NCBI GenBank assembly: GCA_013265495.1
Contig: MU058366.1
Location: 223,694 to 250,970, forward strand
Length of the DNA stretch: 27,277 nt
DNA from: Vicugna vicugna
Lineage: Eukaryota
Reading direction: 5' to 3'
A program made the translations under genes and the position numbers. The number at the start of each line of letters is the position of its first letter. Positions within the stretch are counted from its first letter, which is position 1. A model generated the notes under the pieces. That model did not search any database, was not told where the DNA came from, and was given only the letters and a program-made list of their open reading frames with translations. Below are positions 1 to 11,049 of this stretch, one piece after another.

Positions 1-161
1 GTCGGTTTTAGTAGGCTGTGCAGTGATGAGCACCCCAGATCTCCAAGTTGAAGGGAGCAGAGGTGAAGAGCGATCTGTACACAAAGTGTAGCATTTCTTT
101 CTGCAGGTAACTTGATAGCACTGTAATCTACCACACTCGAACTGCCATTTTCCTGACTTTT

Positions 162-969
162 TCTTTTTAATTTTTAGAATTTTTTTAAATTGAAGTATAG
201 TCAGTTACAATGTGTCAAATTCTGGTGTACAGCATCATGTCCCAGTTATAAATATACATACATATATTCATTTTCATATTCTTTTTCATTAAAGGTTATT
301 ACAAGATATTAAATACAGTTCCCTGTGCTACACAGAAGAAATTTGGGGGTTTTTTACCTATTTTTATATATAGTAGTTAATATTTGCAAATCTCAAACTC
401 CCAGGTTTATCCCTCCCCACTTCCTTTCCTCCAGTAACCATAAGATTGTTTACTACGTCTGCAAGTCTGTTTCTGTTTTATAGATGAGTTCATTAGTGTT
501 CTCTTTTTTCTTTTTTCTTTTTTTTAGATCCCATGTATGAGTGATATCATATGGTATTTCTCTTTCTGGCTTACTTCACTTAGAATGATGATCTTTATTT
601 AGGTGCATCCATGTTGCTGCAAATGGCATTTTATTATTTTTTATGGCTGAGTGGTAGCCCATTGTATAAATATACCACAGCTTCTTTACCCAGTCATCCG
701 TTGATGGACATTTAGGCTGTTTCCATGTCTTGGCTATTGTAAATAGTGCTGCTATGAACATTGGGGTGCAGGTGTCATCCTGAAGTAGATTTCCTTCTGG
801 GTACAAGCCCAGGAGTGGGATTCCTGGGTCATATGGTAAGTCTATTCCTAGTCTTTTGAGGAATCTCCATACTGTTTTGCACAGTGGCTGCACCAAACTG
901 CATTCCCACCAGCAGTGTAGGACGGTTCCCTTTTCTCCACAGCCTCTCCAGCATTTGTCATTTGTGGAC
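162..969 (-). mobile_element. 5'-truncated young LINE-1 (ORF2 C-terminus + 3'UTR) in the last GAB3 intron
   Basis: ORF 576..896(-) reads [32 protein letters not shown]...CTPMFIAALFTIAKTWKQPKCPS (L1 ORF2p C-terminus). T-rich tail at the left end. 14-bp target-site duplication TTTTCCTGACTTTT at 148-161 and 970-983, followed by AAAA (TTTT/AA endonuclease site). Confidence 0.95.
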
Positions 970-1025
970 TTTTCCTGACTTTTAAAATTTGATGTAATGA
1001 CAGTCTTTTTGTTCTCCCCCTTCAG

Positions 1026-1142
1026 AAACTTCTCCTTTTAGAGGAGCAAAGAGTAGACTATGTCCAAGTGGACGAGCAGAAGACGCAGGCTCTCCAGAGC
1101 ACAAAGCAGGAGTGGACAGATGAGAGGCAATCCAAAGTGTAA
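1026..1142 (+). CDS. GAB3: GRB2-associated binding protein 3, last coding exon (partial gene)
   Basis: Pyrimidine tract + CAG acceptor (1023-1025), then KLLLLEEQRVDYVQVDEQKTQALQSTKQEWTDERQSKV*. This matches the GAB3 C-terminus including the GAB-family VDYVQV SHP2-binding tyrosine motif. Too short for the ORF track. Confidence 0.95.
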   Translation, partial: KLLLLEEQRVDYVQVDEQKTQALQSTKQEWTDERQSKV

Positions 1143-1859
1143 GACAGCTGGGCTTGCTGGGCCTGAGACTTGGGGCTTGCTTGGAGGTTTTCACTAGAAT
1201 TGCACTGATGGTCAACACAGGTTAAGATGCAGAGAGAACTTATGGTACCTGTGGGATTGGCAGAACCTTTGGGAGAGAGGACATATTTGGACACATTGAA
1301 CGGGGAGAAGAAGGAAGCGGTTTCCTCCCAGAGGGGCCCTGGGGGAGTCCAGCCCTCCCCTCCCAACCCGTCGCAGCAGTGTACCTCCCCAGCCACGCCT
1401 GCCCATGCCCAGAGCCTCAGGGAGGCTTGGAGTTGGCTCCACAGTCACAAAAGACAGAGATGGAGGATTCCACTGGGATGTAGAACACTCCACTCAGGCA
1501 GGGTAGGAACAAGACAAAGAAGAGTTGGGAGGATAATTTCCCCAGTGTTTGGTTAAAGAGCTCTCCAGTGGAGCATTTGGAGTGCAGACTGGAAGCAGTA
1601 TTACTACCAACAGGCTGACATTGTTTGACTCCAACGCCTGAAAGTTTGATCTGTCTCCTGTGCCTTCCATTGGACTCATAAATTATCCCAGCAGAGAGGC
1701 ACCTGGAGAGTATCGTGTCCCCATCCCTGAAAGCGCGGTTAAAGAGATCAAGCCTAGTGATGGTGGTGGAATCTGCATTCCTCGCTCCAAAGACTTCAGT
1801 GACAGAGGCGTCGAGTCCCGGGCTCCACGATGACGGTATCAGCTTACACTGGGGGCTCT

Positions 1860-2000
1860 AAGGATCATCTCTTCCCCTACAAGACCTTGGAAGCTAGGCT
1901 TGGCAGAGATTGGTGCTCCCACTTTGAAGAAAAGAATACTAAGAGCCAGAGGAGGGAACATTTTGCCCAGGATTACTCATGGAGCCGAGACACGGAGTCT
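1860..2000 (-). mobile_element. Degenerate MIR SINE in the GAB3 3'UTR
   Basis: ccc-actttgaagaaaagaatactaagagccagaggagggaacattttgcccaggattact resembles the reverse-complement MIR core (ccccattttacagatgaggaaactgaggcacagagaggttaagtaacttgcccaaggtcac). Confidence 0.55.
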
Positions 2001-3981
2001 CTTTCCACCATCTCACGCTGCCTCTGAGGATGCTGATGAAGTCCATCAGTTTGGTTAATTCTGAAGATGTGTGGGAAACACACGCCGACCCAGGATGAGT
2101 CACTGTCTCCTCTCCCTTTCACAGGATTTTGAGCAGGTGCTTTTATACTTGAAAGGTATGCATGTCAAGCCAGGGTTTGTGTGTGTGGCGTTGAAACTGG
2201 GAACTCTAAGGTGATCAGTAGTTCCCTTTAAATACCTCTTGACAATCTGTGTGAATTCCATCCCTGGTTCACGTGGTCCCCTCGCAGTGTGTTTCCCATG
2301 AGCTGGCTAATGCTGGTGGAAAAAGTCTTGCCACCTCGGGGAGGGCTATCCCTGGCTATCTTCTGCTTGACTCAAGCTTTTGTGTGACAGTTCTGAGCCG
2401 AAGAAAATGAACAAACCAAAAAACAAGCCCCATTCTCAGGTTTCCTGGCTAATGTTTCCCTTCTGCTTTAGTGGTGCCTAGACCTTGGGGAGGGCAGATA
2501 TTCACACTGTGCATTGAGGGCAGCTTGTCACCTCTTCCTTTATGGGGCACTGTGGTTCAGGGGCCCCAGACAAAAGTCTCAATCTGACACAGAGTTTTAC
2601 CTGATGCTCTTTCCTGAGCCTTCTGAGCACCTACAAGCAGAAGACAGATCTGAATAAGTGGGTAGTAAGCAGATACTGACCTACTGTTCTGTCCCTGTGT
2701 CTTATACGTGAGGCTAGATTACGTAGGCAGGCAGGTCTCTGACAGTTGGGGTTAGTCGGAGCAATTGTCAGCCTTATGCAGAGTTTCATGGTTTTGAACT
2801 GCTCCCAAGGTAAGTGTCAACATCTTGGTTTTTCAGACCATAAAAGAAGTAATTTTGATGTTCAAAGCAGCAGGATCTGGTGACATAATTTTCTTCCTGG
2901 AACAAGATGGGGGAACAATGCCAAGTGCTTTAACTGACTTGAGTCCTTAGTGAGTCTGGATGGAGCCACAAGAGGGCTCCTTGCACCCCATGGCCTGCTC
3001 CATGTCACCACACACAGAGTCGCAAAGAGTCACAGAGCCTCAGGCAAGAATCCAGGGCAACAGACGGCCAGTTCCCATGGATGGTAGCTTCCTCGTTTGT
3101 GGGCCACCTGTGTTTAGATCGTCAGAAAAGTTGTACACCCAAGTGTCGAGAACCTCACCAGACTGGGGATAGATTGGAAAAGTAAATACAGCTGAAATGA
3201 TGTCAGCATTGAAATGTCATCCAGGTGACCAAAAAAAAATCTGTGTCTACAAAACATTTCCAGGGCCATAGTTACTGCACGAAACAACAGACACTTGACT
3301 GGTGTGGCTTGTTTGGAAGTGATTAGGGATTTTTTTTTAAAAAAGATGACTTCACCTCATTTCCAGGGTGTATGCGATGATGTCTTGCTTTGATAAAACC
3401 ACTCATGGATGACTACACAAAAACAACAATACAGGGACACAAAATACAGGTGGTTTCTGAGCTGACAGCAGCGTATGCTCTTGAGAAAGGCACCAGCATG
3501 GACTAGCTGTGCCAGCAGAGAGCCATGATTCTGAGGGTCTGTTTTTTTTAATAGAAAGGATCCCAGATACTGCTCCAAGTCAAGTGCACATGGCACATCT
3601 GTACGCTGTGCAATACACCTTTCTAGAAGATTTGAGAATCATCAGGACAGTGTAGTGATTAATCACACGTTGTTTTCTGTAGCTTCTTTTGGCTTCATTT
3701 CCTTCCATCTTGTTTCGTTGGGAAATACTCCCAGATCAGGAGTTGTGTCATGCAGAAAAGGCGGCTGAAGGGTGTCAAGCCTGTGAGTCCTCAAGTCCTT
3801 GGGCCACCAGCACCAGCTGGATCATAGCCTTTAGGTCTGAGTTGCACCCGAAGGCTCCCCTAAGGCCCGGCTTTCTCCTGTCAAGGCCACCTCCTCTTCC
3901 CCGATTCACACCACCTTTGTATCCACAATCACGCTGATTTTTAAAAATTCACTTTGTTTTTACTGTTTCATTTCTGGCATT

Positions 3982-3987
3982 AATAAA
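3982..3987 (+). terminator. Polyadenylation signal (AATAAA), candidate GAB3 3' end
   Basis: Canonical hexamer with U-rich upstream sequence and TTATTTGTTTT downstream. Confidence 0.65.
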
Positions 3988-5189
3988 AGTCTTGGAGGAA
4001 TTGTGCCCGAAGTGCCCGCTTATTTGTTTTAAGTGACAACAGCTGATAAAAATAGGGACCATGGTTTGAAAGCTGAGTATGTGAAAACAGACTTCATTGC
4101 CATTTTGGAAATATAACAAACTTCACCTGAGTCATGTGGAATGGCTTACATTCATGGCATTTCGCTGCAGACAGGTGGCTGTAATCAGCACTGCTTCTGG
4201 TCAGCCAAACCACATCCTGACACCCTATTTTTCTCTGACATTAAAAGCGTCAGCTCGTGACCTTCCTGTCCCCCGCAGGGGCCCAGCGCCACCACCTCCT
4301 CTTCTCCACGGTGAGGCTCCCAGCTTCTCTGGGCACTGTGGAATCTCTGGGTGACTGTGCCAGGCAGAGGCCACTAGGGTAGCAGGGGCTCCGGAGTAGG
4401 GGAAATAGGCCAAAGTCAGAGACCCGACAGCCAGGGTGCTGAGGGGGAGGGGAAGCCACGTGAAAGTCCGCGCCCTGGGGAAGTATGAGGCTGGTTACCC
4501 ATCATCCCCCGACCTGAAGAAGGGCAGGTTGTCCACGAGGCTTAACCAGAGACGCAGGGCCCAGGGACTAACCTAAAGCGGCTCTGAACCCCAGGCCCCT
4601 TTGCTCTGGCCCCCTTCCTCCACCAGAGGCCTCCCCAAGTTTCCGGATTTCTTCTTTATTTTCCTCAATTCTAAACTGCCTTTATTGTTATCATTTCCTT
4701 ATTTTAATTGTGCCATTTGTTTTTATAAATGTAATTTTTATTTTCTGCAACTGGGAAAGTGTGGCACTGGTGCAGGCTGGTTGGGCGCCCTCACGCCCCC
4801 CCCACACAGGGGCACTTGATTTATGACGGGGGTGCTGGGGAGCCTCAGGGACAGACGGCCTCGCCAACAAGGGTGCCGGGTCACTGGGGACCCGCCAGGA
4901 CAGTAATGAGCCCTGCCTGAGCCTGCTCGGCCGCCGATTCCCGCGGGACCTGGAGGCGGAAGGCTGAGCGATCGGTTTGCCGCCTTCCCTCCCCGGACCC
5001 GGCCCTTTCGGCGTCTGTCCGCTACTGCGGTCCTGGTCTTTGCTTCTTGGTGAAAACCTCCACTTCAGTCAGCTTTAGCCTTTGCTTCCCTTCGTGTAAA
5101 ACAACACAACCTAATTGTTTTATGTCTGTTTTGAAAGTTTCAATCATTTAAATTTTTTTGTTCTTCAATTTCAGGCTTTTAATTCATTT

Positions 5190-5430
5190 TCATACTTTAT
5201 GGTGATAGAAGTCATCAAGTAGTTACCTGTATTTGGAAAAATTATTATTAATTAGAAGAATGGTTATTAATTATAATAAGACAAGAGAGTTTTCTGGAAT
5301 GATGGAAATGTTCAATATTTTAATCCGGGTGGTGATTATACAGGGGCATACATACGTAAAAATCGATCAGTCCTTAAACTTAATATTTGTACACTTCCCT
5401 GCATGTAAATTATACTTCAACAAACCAGTT
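5190..5430 (+). mobile_element. Ancient L1 (L1ME/MB-like) 3' end fragment
   Basis: Characteristic ttctggaatgatggaaatgttc...tgtaaattatacttcaa 3'UTR signature. Confidence 0.7.
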
Positions 5431-5604
5431 AACATGAGGGGAAAAAAGACTCCAGGGGAATTAAAAAGTTAATATTTAGAAACACAACCATACAACGTAG
5501 AAGAAACTAGAGGAAAACTTTTTATTATCTTGGGGTATGGAAGACCTTCAGCAGCAAGGCACAAAAGACAGAAGCAATAAAGGGAATACTTATTTCCTTT
5601 GATA

Positions 5605-5730
5605 ACTCCATCTACTTCAACACATATTTCGGGAACACCTGCTACATAACAGGTAGTCTGTAGGCACTCTGGAACTAAGAGCGTGAACAAAAATCCCTTT
5701 CCCTAAGGAGCTTATGCTCTGGCAGGATGT
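5605..5730 (-). mobile_element. L2 LINE 3' end (continues at ~6620-7070)
   Basis: ttcaacacatatttcgggaacacctgctac...ccctaaggagcttatgctct resembles the reverse-complement L2 terminus. Confidence 0.6.
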
Positions 5731-6179
5731 GGGGCACTCTTGGTGCTCCATCCAAGTCCTCTAGGACACCTTTCACTGTTTGACGTGGCCCCTGGCTTTC
5801 ATGTGCCTTTGCTGCCAACAGCCCGCACCTGGGACTCCCTGTCAGTGGAGAGCCTCTCCGGCATCTACTGGAGCTGCTTTACCTGCGAGAGCAGAAAACA
5901 CCTTGGGATGCACTCCGCCTGCCCTCTGCACTGAGCAGGACAGCACTCTGAAATCTCAGTTCCTTTACCTCAGGTTGGGACAAAGTCTAAGGAGAAATTG
6001 CACTGCAGAGCTCCCCAGTGGAATGTGGCAGGATTCCTCCTCTCCCCGAGACGCCCCCTCGCTTGGACTCCGCCCCCTTCCCCCGTCCCGCCTTCCCGCC
6101 GTCGCCGGCCCAGCCTTCGGCGAACCCAGCTATAGCACACTGAGTTCTGGAAAAATGGCTGTAAAGAGATCTTCTGTCC

Positions 6180-6612
6180 CACTTGCTCTTGCAGGATCTA
6201 GCCACTCCCCATCAAGAGGTAGAGTCTCCGTCCTCTCCTCTAGAACCTGGGTCCTACAGGGCACAGAGCTTCTGCCTGGCCCTCTCTCAGGATACACACC
6301 CTTGGAACGCAGGCATCACGCTGTGAGGAAGCACATGCCACACGGAAAAGAGCGAAGGCCCTGGGCCCTCAGACTCTGCTGACTTCCCAGCTGGTAGCTG
6401 GCACAAAATTGTCAGCCGTGTAAGACCCGTTGGAAGCAGATTCCTCCAGGCTGCAGTTTGACCACCCAGATGTGGTCCCATGCAGCAGATGTGAACCTTA
6501 CCCCGAGTGGCCGCCCAAACCAGAGATGTGTGTGCAAAGTAAATGACCATCGTTACTTTATGTCACTAACTTTGGGTGTAGCTTGTCATGTAATAGCAGT
6601 CACCAGACCACC
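6180..6612 (+). mobile_element. MaLR LTR (MLT1G/H-like) nested in L2
   Basis: ccactccccatcaagaggtagagtc..., catcacgctgtgaggaagc..., ending tcactaactttgggtgtagcttgtcatgtaatagcagtcacc. These are typical MLT1 motifs. Confidence 0.65.
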
Positions 6613-6619
6613 AACCTAA

Positions 6620-7070
6620 GACATAGGTGAGACAGGAAATTTAAAAAATCAACTTGTAAATTATACTGTATTTTAGAAACTGATGAGTGGTATGGAAAAG
6701 AAAAAGAACAGCATGAGGAGGAGCAGGTGTGCACTGCCTAGGGGGGTGGCCACATGAGTAAGGAGGGGGAGAAGATGAGACCTGAGCAGCCTTGGAGATG
6801 AGGGAGCTACAAGCTATGTTTGCGAGAGCCTTCAAGGCAGGGAGCACAGACTGCAAAAGCCCCAATTCAGCAGAAAACCTGCAATGCTGAGGGCACAGCA
6901 GAGGAGGTGGAGTGGTAACTGAGGACTCGCAGATTATAATATAGGGCCTTATTGCCCATTATAAGGCCTCTGGCTTATGTTCTGAGTGAGAATGGAGCCC
7001 GTGCAGGGACCTGAGCAGGGGAGAATGCCATCTGACTTACATTGTGAAATGATCACTGAAGCCACCACAG
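6620..7070 (-). mobile_element. L2 LINE fragment
   Basis: cagactgcaaaagcccc..., tagggccttattgccc..., tgagcaggggagaatgccatctgacttacatt...gatcact are reverse-complement L2a motifs. Confidence 0.7.
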
Positions 7071-7249
7071 CTGCTGCACGCAGTCAGGTGAGACTCTCCA
7101 TCACCGTCGTCACATCACGACCACCGCCACCATCCCCACCGACAGCACCTCCCTCCCTCCAGCCCACGTCAGGGTGCTCCAGGTTCTGTAAGGCAGGCTG
7201 TTCACCTGTGTGGAGTGACAGGGACCGGATCTGCCCTGCCACTTAACCT

Positions 7250-8080
7250 GAAAGAACTCCCTAAAACCAGGCAAAATACATGAAACACAGGCTGTGAGGA
7301 GGGTGGCTGTCGGGTGGGGAAGGACAGTCAGGGCTCTCTGGGAGACGAGAAAGGAAGAGGGAAGCCGTGCACTGGCCCCAGCTCACTGTCCCAGAGACCT
7401 TCCAGACGGAGTCCAGCCGGCTCCCTGGGTCTGGGGCCAGCCTGGTGGGCGGAGGACCGGAGAGGAGGGAGCCCTGCACCCGGGCAGAGGGTCCGACGGG
7501 AGGACACACAGACCACAGAGCAGCACAGGCTCCTGAGGAAACTGTGAGGCCGGGGACTGGGCCACCCCAATGGATGAAAGGTAACTATGCCCAGCGCTCA
7601 AGCAAGACAGGGACTTGCAGCTGTCCCCGCCGGCCAGAAGGGCAAACCTCGCCATTCAACAGGCATCGGGCCAGGGCTCAGAAGGGTGGACAAAAGATGG
7701 CTCCTCCACTGAAAGCCGCTCTGGTCCCAGGCAGCAGACCTTGAAAGACTCAAGGATCCGACTGTTCCCAGTAGTCTACCAGCATCCCGGAACAAAGCTC
7801 GAAAAGGATGTCTAAGAATACAAAGACATCCAGCAACCACCCAAGGGCAAAGGCTCAGTGTCTGACACTGAATCAAAAACTACCAGGGGATACAGAGCAG
7901 GAAAATCCAACCCTTAACTAGGAGTGAAATTGATCGCTGAACGGCCTCCAGATTGGAAAGGAAGAGGTAACACTGCCTTCATTCCGAGAAGACATGATCA
8001 CGTACGGGGAACACCCAACGGCAGCTACAAAAGAGCTACTAGAATAAGTGAGTTTAGCAAGGCTGCAGGATATGACATCT
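7250..8080 (+). mobile_element. Ancient L1 remnants: probable 5'UTR part plus RT-domain fragment (7935-8078)
   Basis: 7935-8078 translates, with one frameshift, as GLQIGKEEVTLPSFREDMITY...KELLE.ISEFSKAAGYD, a degenerate L1 RT ([21 protein letters not shown]...FSKVAGYKI). The upstream part resembles L1M 5' regions (less certain). Confidence 0.6.
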
Positions 8081-8246
8081 TTTCCCAGGAGCCACCTCCT
8101 TCTAACTAAAGGCTTAAACCATGGTCCCAGCACTTTTTCTTCACTGGCCTGCTCTCAGGCCAGTGAGCCACAAAGCTCCTACTGTGGTGTTTCCGGGTTG
8201 TTTCCTCTTCTCAAGCAAACCAAGTTTTTAAAAAATTTTGCCGAGG

Positions 8247-8389
8247 CTGGGAGGGTTTTGCTCAGTGGTAGAGTGCCTGCTTAGCATACTCGAGGTACTG
8301 GGTTCAATCCCCAGTACCTCCATTAAGAAACAAACAAACAAACAAACAAACAAACCTAGTTACCCCCCCAGCCCCCAATTTTTTTTTTT
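8247..8389 (+). mobile_element. tRNA-derived SINE (camelid Vic-1-like)
   Basis: A box-like TTGCTCAGTGG, B box GGTTCAATCC, (AAAC)n linker, C-rich end. 13-bp TSD AATTTTGCCGAGG at 8234-8246 and 8390-8402. Confidence 0.9.
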
Positions 8390-8978
8390 AATTTTGCCGA
8401 GGAGACGCAGTGGTGACAAGGATGTGGGCAACCAGCATTCTGGTGGGACAGCACATTTTCTGGAGAGCAATTCCTCACTTCAGATTGAGAACTGTAAACA
8501 TTTAACCAATTCTACCTCTTTTAACCTATCTTAAGAATCATTCATGCAAAGATTTATACACAAGAATTCCACTGAATCTTTACTTATAATATGTCAAAAA
8601 TTGACAGTGATTTAAATGCTCAATAATGTTATCTTTTACGTATCCCTTCAATAATGCTTTCGAAGAATTGTTAGGGAAAAAAGTTCACGTTAGATGAAAA
8701 ATATCAGGAAAAATGCTAAGCTTGCAAAATATATATTACTGTTATACATTTGGTATATAAATACGACTATAAAACTAAGGAAATGTTCCAAAATGGTGAC
8801 AGTAGTTAATACTGAGTGACAGGACGTCTCTTCTTCCACATCTTAAACTGTCTTCAATTACGTTGTGCTATTTGAAAATCTGGGTCCCAGAACCTCCCCT
8901 CCAACCAGAGGACAAAGGCAGGAACATTTGGAGGTGCCACAGTTGAAAACGAATTCAGACACAGCATCATAGCTCAGT

Positions 8979-8984
8979 GTTATT
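8979..8984 (-). terminator. Variant poly(A) signal (AATAAC) of the LAGE3-like gene
   Basis: Minus-strand AAAATAACACTGAGCTATGATGCTGTGTCTGA aligns with the paralog's AAAATAAAACCGAACTATCATTCTGTGTCTGA (AATAAA at 18260-18265). Confidence 0.5.
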
Positions 8985-9173
8985 TTCTGTAGTTAATAAG
9001 CATTTAAGCACCAAACCAACCAAGGGGACCCTGAGCGCCCAAGCGCCAGTACAGGCAAAAGAGGAGGCCCCACAGTGAAGTGGCTACTACTGTGGGGGTC
9101 ACCCCCCTAGGAAGGATGCGCTGTCTAGGAAGGGACACAAGGTTTGACCTTAACCTCCTTCCCCCTCCCTGGC

Positions 9174-9288
9174 TTAGCGGGAAACAGGGGGCCCAAAGCG
9201 CTGCAGGGTCCGCATCACCAGAGCTAGCTGGTCCAGAAAGTTGACGATGGAAATTCGCAGGAGGCGGGAATCTTCAGCTCTCCAGCGG
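9174..9288 (-). CDS. LAGE3: LAGE3-like (EKC/KEOPS Pcc1 subunit) exon 3
   Basis: cctccctttCAG acceptor. (V)RWRAEDSRLLRISIVNFLDQLALVMRTLQRFGPPVSR*, nearly identical to the LAGE3 C-terminus. 115 nt. Orthologue versus paralogue is unresolved. Confidence 0.92.
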
Positions 9289-9538
9289 CTGAAAGGGAGG
9301 GAAAAAGAAAATCCAGTTGGAGGGAGGTGCCAAGTCCCACCGTCCCCGCCCTGCTCGTCTATGACCCTGAGCCCTTTGCCATCTCCCTTAGAGTGCCCCT
9401 CAGGTGGAGCTGGGTGCAGCGCACCGGGTCACCTCCCTAGGCCCAACCCTTGAGTGGCCCCACGTTGCCAATCGAGCGCCCCTCCGGGCAGACCCGGCCA
9501 CCTGCCGCCCCTCCCCATCAGCCCCTTCTAGAACTTAC

Positions 9539-9667
9539 ACCGCCAGGAGGCTGCCGCTGACTGCGAGCTCCTTCCGAACCGCCCCTCGGTGGGGTTCGGC
9601 ATCTGGGGCCAGGGACCCACGGGCGATCTCCGCCTCCAAGGTGGACGGGAAAGGCACGCCTAGGGCG
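9539..9667 (-). CDS. LAGE3: LAGE3-like exon 2
   Basis: (F)ALGVPFPSTLEAEIARGSLAPDAEPHRGAVRKELAVSGSLLA(V), Pcc1 domain. 129 nt, CAG acceptor, GTAAGT donor. Confidence 0.92.
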
Positions 9668-9983
9668 CTGGCGAGATTCGGTTAAGGCACCATCCACGTG
9701 GCTTCTGTGCGCTGGGCCCTGTCTCCGGCCCCCCCTGACTAGTCCCAGCCCCTTCGGGGCCGCTTCCATCCCACTCCTGGCCCATTCTAATGCACCCCAG
9801 CCACCCCGGTGCCCCCTGCTCTCATTTTTTCTCCCCCCCGCCATGCCTGGCCCGTACCCCGCAGCCCGAGTCCCCCTTCTCCCCTTCGCTCCCTGGCTGC
9901 CCCTGACTCATCTGGTCCTCTGTCCCACCTCCCACAGCAGGCAGCCCCCAGCCCGTTCTCCGCTGCCCCCTCGGGCAGGATGC
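9668..9983 (-). other. U12-type (minor spliceosome) intron 1 with GC donor
   Basis: 5' end GCATCCTGC (U12 consensus RTATCCTTT). Branch site CCTTAAC at 9687-9681, ending 13 nt before the intron end. No strong pyrimidine tract. Confidence 0.75.
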
Positions 9984-10204
9984 AATTCGTGCAGTCGGCT
10001 TCTCGGCCTTCCGGCCGTGGACATGGGGTTTCCGCCCGGCCCCGAAGTGGACTGTGCTGGCGCTACACGCGGAGCTCCGCCGGCTGCAGCGGCTGCTACC
10101 CCTGCGCCTCCGGGGCTGCCCAGGCCATCCTGACGGTCCCGGGCTCCAGCGCCGCCCGCCGCGCCGCCCGCGCTCGCGTCCGCGTCCGCGCCCGCCGCCT
10201 GCAT
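9984..10204 (-). CDS. LAGE3: LAGE3-like exon 1
   Basis: gcagccATG start. MQAAGADADASAGGAAGGAGARDRQDG...AAAAAGGAPRVAPAQ...RPRSRLHE(F), a Gly/Ala-rich LAGE3-type N-terminus. 221+129+115 nt = 154 aa with no internal stop. Confidence 0.85.
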
Positions 10205-11049
10205 GGCTGCCGCGCTCCGCCTCCGACTCCGCCCTCCGGACGCCGGTCGCCTCGCCGCGCCCGCCAGCGGCCGAGAACCCCGGCTCCCCCGTGAAGCCCC
10301 GCCCCCGCGCTGACTCCGCCCCGCCCGCCTGCGCAAGCGGTCCCTCCGCAGCCCCCTCCACCCTTGCCGACCCCACCCCCTTCCCCGCCAGACCACGTGT
10401 GAGGCCGCCGGGTGCCTGGCCCGGTTCACGCCCTGTCCGTTCCCAACGTCCCCGAGACATGTGACTCCACATGGAAGTGGAAGTGACTTGTGGAGGGGGG
10501 TGGGGTCGGATAGCCCCGGAGGGCTACCGCTCTGCACCCGGCCTCCGTCGCAGGTGTGAGCGGAAAAACCAAAGCAGGCGGTAAAGGGGCCGACCGGCCG
10601 GGCCGACCGGTTTGCTTTTTAGGAAGAACATTGAGTGGCTTGCGTGGACGTCGAGCCCGCCGGCGGGGACCCCCGCACAGAGGCAAGGAGAGAAATGACA
10701 GGGCCTGAACTAAAGTAGTGGCAGGGGAACAGGGCTAATGTCCTATGTGGAACATCAGAATGCAAAACGAAAATCGCTGGGATTCCAATTCAGTGAGTGA
10801 CTGCGGATGTGTATAGGAATCCCAGGACAACATGCCAGGGTGTAAAATTACTCGTTCTCTCTGTGTGACGCCATCGTGGGTGATTTTAACTTCTTTCTTC
10901 TGTCTCCCGGCAAGGTTTTGAGAGCGACCTTACGTGGCATTTTTCATCCAAAATAAGGTTTTAAAGTGACGTGAAATTTCCGATGCTGATAGGCCTGTTA
11001 CTTTTCTGTTGTCCTCCTTTGTAATCACAAGGAAGGACTTGACGCTGAA

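Larger units (their letters stand above)
1143..4010 (+). other. GAB3: Probable GAB3 3'UTR
   Basis: Largely unique sequence after the stop, running to an AATAAA at 3982-3987 with T/GT-rich sequence downstream. The end point is inferred. Confidence 0.65.
9400..10700. promoter_or_regulatory. CpG island and promoter of the LAGE3-like gene
   Basis: Very high GC and CpG density. GC boxes (~10297-10325), NRF1-like GCCTGCGCAAGCG (~10327-10339), CACGTG at 10394-10399, tandem GGAAGT at 10473-10484. Confidence 0.8.

Noticed and set aside
576..896. L1 ORF2 ORFs as host genes (also 26878..27255)
   Set aside because: These are retrotransposon fragments; the first is 5'-truncated with a degraded C-terminus.
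5780..6382. 200-aa ORF
   Set aside because: Non-ATG start, no recognisable domain, and it overlaps LTR-like sequence nested in an L2.
8247..8325. tRNA gene (also 18621-18700)
   Set aside because: A/B boxes are present, but they are followed by simple-repeat tails and flanked by TSDs, so these are SINEs.
9961..9980. CTCF/BORIS-like motif (GCCCGAGGGGGCAG on -), with similar partial matches near 9810 and 17885
   Set aside because: The 5' half of the consensus is mismatched, and such partial matches are expected in GC-rich DNA.
9908..10537. 209-aa ORF as the LAGE3-like protein
   Set aside because: It starts at a GTG within the promoter and reads into intron 1. The family-like start is the gccATG at 10204, and the Pcc1 domain requires splicing.
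10565..10620. Imperfect hairpin and GGCCGACCGG duplication upstream of the LAGE3-like gene
   Set aside because: The stem is short and mismatched, with no recognisable ncRNA features.
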